Source of the DNA: Trichomonas gallinae
Taxonomy: Eukaryota
Direction: 5' to 3'
Assembly (NCBI GenBank): GCA_008369845.1
Contig: MRSU01003757.1
Location: 1 to 50,191 of the forward strand
Length of the DNA stretch: 50,191 nt
Shown: positions 30,665-39,937 of the stretch, in pieces
How positions within the stretch are numbered: the first letter of the stretch is position 1
Layout of the letters: each line of letters starts with the position of its first letter
Notes under the pieces: generated by a model
Database searches by the model: none
The model's input: only the letters and a program-made list of their open reading frames with translations
What the model was told of the DNA's origin: nothing
Position numbers and translations under genes: made by a program

Positions 30665-31215
30665 CTCTTGTTGTTATTTTTTGTTATAAATTGTTTGTAC
30701 TTTTTATGTATTTTAAAATTATCTTATTTGATCATGATTTGATATAAGAAACAACTATTTTATGCATTAAAAATATAATTCACTCAAGGAACTCATCAGC
30801 AAAGAAATCATATAATTATTCGTTATACCGTTTTGCCTATAGATTATATGATTCTTAATAAATAATTTTTTTGATGGCTTATTATTAAAATCTTCGCTGA
30901 CTATAAGAAACAAAAGTGATCCAGAAAAGCTTATTTAGTGGTGAAAAGGGGTAAGTAGTCCTGCAATAAGGGTAAAAAAGGGGTAAATAATTGGGTATAG
31001 CGTCACTTTTGTGGGACGACGAAAAGGTCTATAATTAGCACATCAAATGCTTTGCAATTAAAATTTGCTACTACTGTTGTAGAACATAACGTTTCTCGCC
31101 GAAAATTGAATTTTACCAAAATTTTGAAGATGAATTGAACCAAAAAAAAATTTTTCCAGCAATCAATTTCAGGGTTCTGAAATAATTCATAGACACATTG
31201 AAATCATTTATCAAG

Positions 31216-31458
31216 ATGTCTAAGCAATCGAAGGCGTCACAGTACATAGAAGGCTATAAACTAGCATCTAGGTATGTGAAATCAATTGATGATCTTCCTC
31301 CAACATACGAACTTGAAAGTCAGTGCTCTAGAATGGGGCACGGATTTACACAACTATTCCCTGACTATATATCAGATGAAAACTTGAGGGAAAAGATAGA
31401 ATACTCCAACAAATGTGAAAGGGAATTACCACAATGGAAGAATCAACACCAAAAGTAA
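31216..31458 (+). CDS. Hypothetical small protein, 80 aa
   Basis: Inr ATCATTT about 8 nt before the ATG; stop within TAAA; no recognisable domain. Confidence 0.55.
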   Translation: MSKQSKASQYIEGYKLASRYVKSIDDLPPTYELESQCSRMGHGFTQLFPDYISDENLREKIEYSNKCERELPQWKNQHQK

Positions 31459-31518
31459 AGACTTTTATTTAACTAATTAATATGTGATAGATCTATAATT
31501 TTTTAGTGTGTGATAGTT

Positions 31519-31786
31519 TTTTCCTGCTCCAGGTTGAAATCGAAGAATTAAACTTTTTGTCGATTTCGTCCTGGACTAATTTGTGGACATCTTGTGGACT
31601 CATAAATACCTGTTATTAGCATTCCAGGTGTATCTTTGTGCACAAGACGTTCACAAAATATATAAAATTTTGTAGAGCACAAGAGAAGGGTAAATAGAGA
31701 GATGCTGCGGCAATTCCGAAGGCAGCACTATGATATTTCGTATATCATAGAATATCAATAAAACTCAAAGCGGAATCACGGGAAAA
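31519..31786 (+). ncRNA. Candidate structured non-coding RNA or fold-back element (unassigned)
   Basis: Multiple nested stems, a closing helix and a possible pseudoknot (see findings). Most non-Watson-Crick pairs are G-U on the + strand. Confidence 0.45.
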
Positions 31787-33255
31787 GTACCAATAAACGT
31801 AAGATTTCTGGTAAATATTGATGTGTTAATTCTAGTCTAATGATAAAAATTGATCAAAATTCATATTAAAATTATGGAAATAAGATTTATCATTGTTTGT
31901 GATTTGTAGGCTATTATATCGAATTAGTTAGGTGACAATATGAACAAGGATACACTAGAAATGCTGTTAACTACAAATATTTTAAGTGGTCGTAAGAATA
32001 TTTGGTAATCTCGTAATTTTATTATATCTATTGTAATACCATGTGCTTGCTCTGTGTAGTTCGTACAAGTGATTTATGCAATTCTTTGAAATCAGAATGG
32101 CAATATTGAATGGAGCGATTCAACTAAACATAAATCTTTGGAAATCATGGAATTAAAATTTCTCGTCCCGTTAATGATACTACGCGTTACGTTGTGACAA
32201 TCAATATTTTGATCGAATTCAAAATCATGCGAAATGGCATTCTTATAATAATTCTGATGCAACACTATTATATGCTAATTGAAATCAATGTCCTGATTGA
32301 CTGAACTCATTAAAGATATGAATCGATGATATTAAAGATTGACTAATGTACCATTCCACGCATAGAATGATAAGTGTAGTTCATAATAAGTCCATAGCTT
32401 AGAACAACAATATGCCTTGTCATATAACAAAACCGATGGGATTGCTAGCGGTGTTAAAAAATGATGTGTAATGATTGACTTGGTCCGTTAACTTATATAA
32501 ATGGTCTTCATAGTAGCGTATTATCGTGAAAATTTCATGTTCTTTCAGCCATTAGAACGAAGATATACATTTGGCAATTTTTTCAGAATAATTCTTGCCA
32601 TAGAACATAACTGGATGCATCAGAGAATACCAACTTAAAGGTTTGGAATAATTTCGATAAATAATGAATTAATCAAGTGAACTCTTACATTCACCGGCCA
32701 ATACTTTGAAAATAAATAGGAAATATAAAATAAGATATATTTAAAGAAATGAAAAATCAAAAAAATAAAGGGAAATAGATAAGAAAAGAAAAACGACATG
32801 CAAAATCTACAAAATTTATATGATTTTACCTGCGTTAATTTTGGAAAATTTCTAGAATTATGCTTCATTTATGGTATATTACAAAATACTTAATTTTTCA
32901 CAAAAGTACGAAATTTGACATCGATCGTTATTTTGTAAAACTCCAAAACTTTGTAAAACATAAATATCTGACAACTTCAGACATATTTTCTCCAGAATGG
33001 CACAAAATTGGAAAATTCGAAAAATATTTTTTAAAATGCATTAGGTGTATAGTATATTGTTGTCATATTTCATTGACACAAATTTTTGAGAAAACTTATA
33101 GAAAATTTTTTCCACTTCATATTTGATAGTATATAGATTTCGTTGGCTGAATACAGGCGAAGAAATCGGCCACTGACTTCACAAAGAATTGAATACCAAA
33201 CCGGCCACTCATTCATCAAATTTTTGAGACGATGAACATGAGTTCACTTTTAGGA

Positions 33256-34251
33256 ATGGAACCAATCCACATCCTCATCACAGGTGCTGCTGGCCAAATC
33301 GGTTATGCTCTCACATTCAGAATCGCTAAGGGCGACCTTTGCGGCGACCGCAAGGTTTTCCTCCACCTTCTCGAAATCCCATTCGGCATGAAGGCTCTTG
33401 AGGGCTGCGTCATGGAACTCCAGGACTGCGCCTTCCCGAACGTTGCCGGCATCGTCTGGACAGACAAGATCGAAGAGGCATTCAAGGATGTTGATGTCGC
33501 CTTCCTCGTCGGCTCATTCCCACGTAAGGATGGCATGGACCGCTCCGACCTCCTCGCCAAGAACGGTGGCATCTTCACAGTTCAGGGCAAGGCTCTCTCC
33601 GACTTCGCTAAGAAGGACGTCAAGGTCCTCGTTGTCGGCAACCCAGCCAACACAAACTGCCTCATCGCTCAGGCCTCCGCTCCAAATCTTACAAAGAAGA
33701 ACTGGTGCGCTATGACACGTCTTGACCACAACAGAATGGTCGGCGCTCTCGCTGCCAAGTTCGGTGTTACACCAGAGAAGGTCCACAACGTCATCGTTTG
33801 GGGTAACCACTCTAACACCCAGGTTCCAGATTGCTCCCACGCTACAGTCGATCTCCCAGAGGGCACAGTCAAGGTTGCTGACAAGCTCGACAAGGAATAC
33901 CTTGAGAAGGAGTTCGCTCAGATGATCGCTACACGTGGTGGCGCCGTCATCAAGATGCGTGGTGCTTCCTCTGCTGCCTCTGCTGCTAACGCTGCTCTCA
34001 CATGCGTTAAGGACTGGCTCTACGGCACAAAGGAGGGCGAGTTCGTCTCCATGGCTATCCCAGTCCCAGACAACGAGCCATACGGCGTCAAGCAGGGCAT
34101 CATCTACTCCTTCCCATGCACATGCAAGGACGGCGAGGTCAAGGTTGTTGAGAACCTCGAGCGCAACGAGTGGGTCAAGTCCAAGATGGTCGCCACAGAG
34201 CAGGAGCTCGTTGGCGAGAAGGAAACAGCCTGGAAGGTCCTTGGTCTCTAA
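33256..34251 (+). CDS. MDH: Cytosolic malate dehydrogenase
   Basis: ITGAAGQIGY, specificity loop GSFPRKDGMDRSDLL (Arg, as in MDH, not the Leu of trichomonad LDH), VGNPANTN, TRLDHNR and WGNHS. True start is 33256, after the Inr TCACT at 33244. Confidence 0.96.
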   Translation: MEPIHILITGAAGQIGYALTFRIAKGDLCGDRKVFLHLLEIPFGMKALEGCVMELQDCAFPNVAGIVWTDKIEEAFKDVDVAFLVGSFPRKDGMDRSDLLAKNGGIFTVQGKALSDFAKKDVKVLVVGNPANTNCLIAQASAPNLTKKNWCAMTRLDHNRMVGALAAKFGVTPEKVHNVIVWGNHSNTQVPDCSHATVDLPEGTVKVADKLDKEYLEKEFAQMIATRGGAVIKMRGASSAASAANAALTCVKDWLYGTKEGEFVSMAIPVPDNEPYGVKQGIIYSFPCTCKDGEVKVVENLERNEWVKSKMVATEQELVGEKETAWKVLGL

Positions 34252-34519
34252 ATTAATAAACTTCTGATCTGCTTTACCTAATTTCACTTCATTTTTTTAT
34301 TCTTCACCTACAATTTTCCATAAATTTCTCCACCAAGTTTACATATATTTTTTGTCACCACAACATTAAATATATTTATTTATACAACTATCATGGCATG
34401 TATTTATATGTGCTTCGACATTTTTATATATTTCATTACGATAATACAGCCATTAATGTTGATATTGAGATTGAAAAAATTAGCTTCAGTTAAGTAAGAA
34501 AACAAATAAAAGACAGTTT

Positions 34520-37500
34520 TTATTGATTCGTCTTACGCCACTCATCTAAGGTGGCGTTGATCGATTTACAAACAATATCTAATTTTGCGAACAGAGCACT
34601 CGCTTGGGTTGCTGCCGGGAGTGCATAGTTGTTGATGAACGTCTGCTGGTACTTCGGCTTATCAGGGAATGACCTGTTGTTCGCCTCATCAGTGTATTTC
34701 ATTCCCAAGCTCTTCTCTATGTCACCTTGCTTGTAGAACTCCGATGTCAGCGCATCGAGCCATCTGACAGCAACATCAAACGGCCTCGCGACATTGGAGA
34801 AGTTCGATATAATCAGGAAGAGCGACAATATCTTTAACCTTGTGTTAGCGTTCTTTAAGTCCACGTTGTTCATTTGTTCTTCCACGATAGCCTTCGTGTT
34901 GTCAATATCAGTGTCCACGATCATCTTAATCATCATCGCCCAGAACTTGCAGATGTTCTGGTGGCTCATGTTTCCGAATATGTTGCACTCAGGCGAGTTG
35001 ATAATTCTCGCAATTTGCGACAAGCTGAACAACTCTTCGCAATTATTTCCGTTGAAGATCTGGCCAATTGGCGTCATCACCTGCCTGTTGAATATGTTAG
35101 TGAAGCCGTCGTGGCCAGCATCATGGCAAAGGGCGGCAATCAAAAGCGAGCAGATTTCCATCGGCTCGAAAACTTCTCTATAATCTATAGTTTGCAGCAT
35201 AAAACTTGCGAACTGCACAACATCGCAGGCGTGCCTCCAGTTATGATACGGCAGATCATTGTAAAGCAATCTAACCTGCAATATGAAGTGCAAAAGAGTC
35301 TCCTTGTTCGTGCGAAGTTGCTCAGCTACTCCGAAAGCGATGAAGTTCGTGAAAACCATTCTCACGAGTTCTTCGTCGCCGAAGTCGAACGCGCAGAACT
35401 GCATGCCAGTCATTTGCTCGAGCTGCTCAGGCGCCAGCAGCATCTTGTCGACGTTCTTGTCGTTGAATATCATCGGGCGGGCCGACCTGACTGACATAGG
35501 AGCGAGTTGCTTGTTGCGGCTGTTTTCGACGGTGATTGCAGCGAAACTCGAGAAAGCTTGGAGAAGTTTGATGTCGTCGTCTGAGAAGTTTCCGTTGATT
35601 TTGTTGATCATCTCGATGACACCGAGGACCTCTCCTTCTGTAGATATGAGCGGGACGGCCAGAATGTTCGTTGTCTGGAATCCTGTGATTTCGTCGACTT
35701 TAGGGTTCCATCTTGTGTCGCTTTTAGGATCATTCGTGACAATGGCCTTCTTAGTTCGCACGCACGCGCCAATGATGCCTTCGCTGACGTTGTACGTGGG
35801 TGGAATCTTGGCGCCGTCTACTATAATCGCTCTCAAGATTTGATGATTGTTGTCGTCTATGATAAACATTGATGCGCGCTTCGCTTGGAGGCCTCTCCTT
35901 GCGTTTTTGATGATATCTGACAGAATCCTCTTGATATCTTCCGTTTTGTTGAGCGAGAATGAAATTCCGAAGAATGATCTGAGTTTCTTGGACATATCAA
36001 TACTTTCATTGTAAAGACGGGCGTTTTCAAGACTGATACCGCAGAAAACGTTGAAGATTTGGATGAGATTCGTGTCCCAAAGGTTGAATGCTTGGCCATC
36101 TTTCTTGTTAATCATTTCTGTGACACCTATGATTGTGCCACGGTTGTTAAAGATGGGGACAGACAAGATTGTCTTGGTTCTGTAGCCTGTTGCAATATCA
36201 GTTGCGGCGTTGAAATCTGGATCTGCATAAGCGTCAAGGATATTGAGAGGTTTGGCTTCAGTAACTGTTTTACCGACAATACCTTTGTTGATTGGTATCT
36301 CAATACCATCCTTTAAACCCCTGTGGAATTGTGTTGTGAGAGATTTGCCTCCCTGAGTAACAAGGAACAAAGAACAGCGGTCACTCTTTGTCAAATAACG
36401 GCCCTTCTCCATAATGATCTCGCAAAGCCTGCCAATATCCAACTGCCTGGAGAGAATTTCAGCGACTTCCAACAAAGCTGAAAGACCTTCACGTTCCTCA
36501 GTTGATTTCTTGAAGTCGCTCAAAACTCCTGTATAATGCAATGCGTTGCTCATCGATAAAGCAATAACTGGAGCTAATTGTTTCATCATTCTTTCGGATT
36601 CAGGTCCAAATGGGATTCCATCCTTCTCGCCGCGAATAACTATGCCTAAAGTGATCTGTGTCCTATAGTCTGCAATCGGAATAACCATTGTTGGGACACC
36701 AATATTGTGAATATCTAATGGATCATCGACACTCTCAGTGTTTACGTATTTTTCCGACTTTATCATGTTCCCTATAACTCCAAGTTTGTCATAATCGATT
36801 TCTTCTGTTTGATTTATTGTGTATTTCGTGAGATGCTTTTTTTGTTTGTTTAATGACCATATTTCTAGTGTGTTTATATTGAGGTAGGAATGAAGAACGT
36901 CTTTAAGCTTCGCTATCACATTATCTGTTTTATCAACTTTCATCATATCAAGCAAAATCGGTTCTTGTAGCGGCTGGTCTATCAAGTAGCGACTAAATAT
37001 GGCGAATTTTCGCTGAAAAAACTTCACAAACGTTATATCTTCTTTTGTAAATTCATTCGAATCTGGAGTTCCAATTATTTGAACAACATAACACGATTCT
37101 CCCTGATAATTGTTGAGGCAGAATAAAAGTACCGGTGTGTTTTCTAAAACTAGACGAGATTCGTGATCTGAATTATATGCTTCATGCTTTGTAGGCTCTT
37201 TTGTTGATAAAATTGGTGTAGATGTAAGACACTCACCTGCAAGACACTTGAAATCTGGCACAAAAATCGCGTGTGATTGAGAATAAATCGCTGAAAGAGA
37301 TTCAGACTTTTCCCATAACAAACAATCGAGTGCGGAGTATCTCTTTTTGAATGTATTTTCCAATGCTGCTGTTAAACTCGTTTCAAACACTTCGATCATA
37401 AAATTTTCAAATTCATATTCGAAACCAACAATAGGAAGATCTTTTTCAATAGACTCAGTGGATATATTTGACACTGTTTCTATCCTTTCATGCTTATCAA

Positions 37501-37648
37501 CAGGCGGAAGCGGATCTAATTTTTCTTTATTGAATTGTTTCTGCGATTTTGGTGATTTGTTGGTATTGGGTAGTGCTGGGGTCGCGACAAAGTGGTGAAT
37601 CCTCTCAAAAGGTGGCTTCAAATTCTGAGGATTTACGCCCACTTTCAT
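34520..37648 (-). CDS. GAF-domain class I cyclic nucleotide phosphodiesterase (catalytic site degenerate)
   Basis: Tandem GAF domains (DRCSLFL, TGYRTKTILSVPI, EMINK..F...D) followed by a PDEase domain (YHNWRHACDV, AALCHDAGHDG, EFYKQGDIEK). Confidence 0.93.
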   Translation of the reverse strand: MKVGVNPQNLKPPFERIHHFVATPALPNTNKSPKSQKQFNKEKLDPLPPVDKHERIETVSNISTESIEKDLPIVGFEYEFENFMIEVFETSLTAALENTFKKRYSALDCLLWEKSESLSAIYSQSHAIFVPDFKCLAGECLTSTPILSTKEPTKHEAYNSDHESRLVLENTPVLLFCLNNYQGESCYVVQIIGTPDSNEFTKEDITFVKFFQRKFAIFSRYLIDQPLQEPILLDMMKVDKTDNVIAKLKDVLHSYLNINTLEIWSLNKQKKHLTKYTINQTEEIDYDKLGVIGNMIKSEKYVNTESVDDPLDIHNIGVPTMVIPIADYRTQITLGIVIRGEKDGIPFGPESERMMKQLAPVIALSMSNALHYTGVLSDFKKSTEEREGLSALLEVAEILSRQLDIGRLCEIIMEKGRYLTKSDRCSLFLVTQGGKSLTTQFHRGLKDGIEIPINKGIVGKTVTEAKPLNILDAYADPDFNAATDIATGYRTKTILSVPIFNNRGTIIGVTEMINKKDGQAFNLWDTNLIQIFNVFCGISLENARLYNESIDMSKKLRSFFGISFSLNKTEDIKRILSDIIKNARRGLQAKRASMFIIDDNNHQILRAIIVDGAKIPPTYNVSEGIIGACVRTKKAIVTNDPKSDTRWNPKVDEITGFQTTNILAVPLISTEGEVLGVIEMINKINGNFSDDDIKLLQAFSSFAAITVENSRNKQLAPMSVRSARPMIFNDKNVDKMLLAPEQLEQMTGMQFCAFDFGDEELVRMVFTNFIAFGVAEQLRTNKETLLHFILQVRLLYNDLPYHNWRHACDVVQFASFMLQTIDYREVFEPMEICSLLIAALCHDAGHDGFTNIFNRQVMTPIGQIFNGNNCEELFSLSQIARIINSPECNIFGNMSHQNICKFWAMMIKMIVDTDIDNTKAIVEEQMNNVDLKNANTRLKILSLFLIISNFSNVARPFDVAVRWLDALTSEFYKQGDIEKSLGMKYTDEANNRSFPDKPKYQQTFINNYALPAATQASALFAKLDIVCKSINATLDEWRKTNQ

Positions 37649-38355
37649 TCAACAAAAAATAACGAGAAATTTTTTTAGCTTTACGACGATTTTCTTTTTA
37701 ATCGACAACCTACACTTTTTCTTACATATTTCCAATGAACTGCTTGAATTAGACCTATATCATAAACTATTTTACTTTTTGATTTAATTTGATTTTTTAT
37801 CAAAAATATATTTTATTATATGCTTTGTTGATATGATATATCAAATACAAAAATGTTAGTTCACAATAATCATAACTTAAAAGATTATATTATGCATTTA
37901 ATTTTTGAAAAAAAAATTTCATTTTAAAATCGCTTACTATTGTGCTATCCTTATTGAAATATTAGAAATATGCATATTTTATTATAAGAAATAGTCTAAA
38001 ATTGAGAAATTTGTTATTTTGGAAAAAATATTTCAATTATTAATACATATGCTTATAATATATCAGATATATTATTTAAATAATAGCAAAATTAATACTA
38101 AAATATATATGTTATCGATTGATAAATATTTGATTGAAATTTTTTGTTCGCTGTTATATCATGTTAAACAATTGTGGCCAATTAAAATGGGCTAAAAATA
38201 TGTCATTTAAAGATAAATAGTTATTTCGGCTCAGATAAAATATAAAATAAAATTATAAGTTCATAGTAGACATTATAACTTAGTCGGATTTTATTCAAAA
38301 TTCATATTTAATAGAATTTACTTGTGAGAGACAAGATATTACAGAATATCCGAAT

Positions 38356-39063
38356 TTATTTTGGTTCAACCTTGAAGTGGGAGTGATAGAGGTCATAGCA
38401 TTGCTTGATAATTCTCTTAGCATGGCCAGCACCCATTGGCTTGAATGTTCTAACTTCCTTGCGCTCAAGAGTCTTATAATCGTTGAAGAACTGGTTGATC
38501 ATAAGAAGTTTGAATGGTGGGAGCTCGCTGACATCATAATAGATGTTGTATTCTGGATCATTGATAGCAACAGCAATGATCTTGTCATCTGGATCGCCAC
38601 CGTCAACCATTGGCATGATACCGATTGGTCTAACCTTCATGAGTGAAAGCGGTGGAACGCTGAGCTGGCAGAGAACGAGAATATCGAGAGGGTCGTTATC
38701 TTCAGCTAATGTTTCTGGGATGAAACCATAGTTAGCTGGATAGATAACAGAGGAGTGGAGAATTCTGTCGACCTTGAGAAGACCAGATGGCTTATCAAGC
38801 TCTGTCTTTACTCTGCTCAAAGCTGGAATTTCAATGACTGCAGAAACAACATCTGGATATGATGGGCCGATAGAGACACCATGCCATGGGTGAGCAACAG
38901 AAAGTGATCTCTCTGTTGGTGTTGTAATTTGCTTCTTTGTATCACCAATCTTCTGGTAGAGGGAGTTCATGTATTCATGGTACTCCTTCTCTTCTTTGTT
39001 GATAACAAGGCCGTCCTTAACCATCACTTTATCATCAACCTCGTCGGCAATTTGCACAGTCAT
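38356..39063 (-). CDS. Soluble inorganic pyrophosphatase, family I
   Basis: HPWH, VIEIP, DRILHSSVIYPANYGFIP, DNDPLDILV, DDKIIAV and FFNDYK. First ATG at 39063. Confidence 0.96.
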   Translation of the reverse strand: MTVQIADEVDDKVMVKDGLVINKEEKEYHEYMNSLYQKIGDTKKQITTPTERSLSVAHPWHGVSIGPSYPDVVSAVIEIPALSRVKTELDKPSGLLKVDRILHSSVIYPANYGFIPETLAEDNDPLDILVLCQLSVPPLSLMKVRPIGIMPMVDGGDPDDKIIAVAINDPEYNIYYDVSELPPFKLLMINQFFNDYKTLERKEVRTFKPMGAGHAKRIIKQCYDLYHSHFKVEPK

Positions 39064-39409
39064 TGTTGAGTTTTGGTCTGATTTCACCTCACTTTTTTGC
39101 TCAACTAAAACCTAGTTCACTGACTAAAACGTGTTTATCAAGCAAAAAACCCATGAATGTTTTCTGAGATTTAAAGCCATCTTACCCTCAATTCTTTCTG
39201 ACAAAAATTTTACATATGATAAATAGGGACAGATGAACATTGTTTTTAGTGAGATTTCAAAATTGAATGCTAATTAGCCATTGGATTCTCCATTCAACAA
39301 AAACAATCGTTCGCAACTGATAACAAACAGGCCCCATTTAGTATATATAATGTGCTGAAATCCACAATGTAAAACAATTTAACCGATTAAATTTTTGTAG
39401 GAGTACAAA

Positions 39410-39602
39410 TGACAAGTAAATCCCCGTAGGAACCAACTTATGTCATGTAAATCCTAATTTTCTATTGTTTTGTCATGTAAATAAACTCTTTAGTAAATAT
39501 TTGTCATGTAAACATATTTTTGCTATTGAAAAATAATGTAAATTATTTCTTTCTATTGATTTGCCATGTAAATTAAGTCTTTTCTATTGATTTGTCATGA
39601 AA
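39410..39602 (-). repeat. 30/31-bp tandem array containing TGTCATGTAAA (TTTACATGACA on the gene strand)
   Basis: Cores at 39410, 39441, 39471, 39502, 39532, 39562 and 39593. Confidence 0.9.
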
Positions 39603-39937
39603 TTGTTTTGCTCTTCAACAGTTTAATCTATATAACAAATTACGGAAGATTTAAACCACAAAAAGCAGCGAGAGATATGTACCTGCGACCAGTTTTAGCA
39701 CAGAGATATTATCAAATTCATCTATTTTGAATTAACTAAATTCCTTTGAGATGCGAAATATATATTCAAATCTCTATAATTTTTCTGTTTGATGTTAATT
39801 AAAAAGGGGAAATATTTCAATTTATAAATTGAATCGATGAAATAGAATAGAGAGTATAGATATCAAACAATAATTATGGAATTTTATTATAATAACAAAC
39901 ATGCAATATTGAATATCATGAACAATATTATCAAAAA

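Noticed and set aside
32175..32402. 75-codon frame interrupted only by five TGA codons, suggesting Mycoplasma-code (UGA=Trp) DNA
   Set aside because: A rough estimate gives about one or two such runs by chance over all intergenic frames in the window, and the translation resembles no protein I recognise.
30940..32640. Mutator/Kolobok/Maverick transposon
   Set aside because: No paired terminal inverted repeats, target-site duplication or transposase/integrase/polymerase motifs found.
33256..34251. Possible trichomonad lactate dehydrogenase
   Set aside because: The specificity residue is Arg (codon 33523-25, FPRKDG), as in MDH.
33514..34287. 257-aa minus-strand ORF and other overlapping ORFs
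   Set aside because: Mirror ORFs of the strongly codon-biased MDH gene. The same applies to ORFs overlapping the PDE, acyl-CoA synthetase, RIC1 and Hsp90 genes.
39410..39602. CRISPR-like appearance of regularly spaced repeats (also 9231-9345 and 43754-43975)
   Set aside because: Cores are only ~11 bp, spacers are mutually similar, there are no cas genes and the context is eukaryotic.
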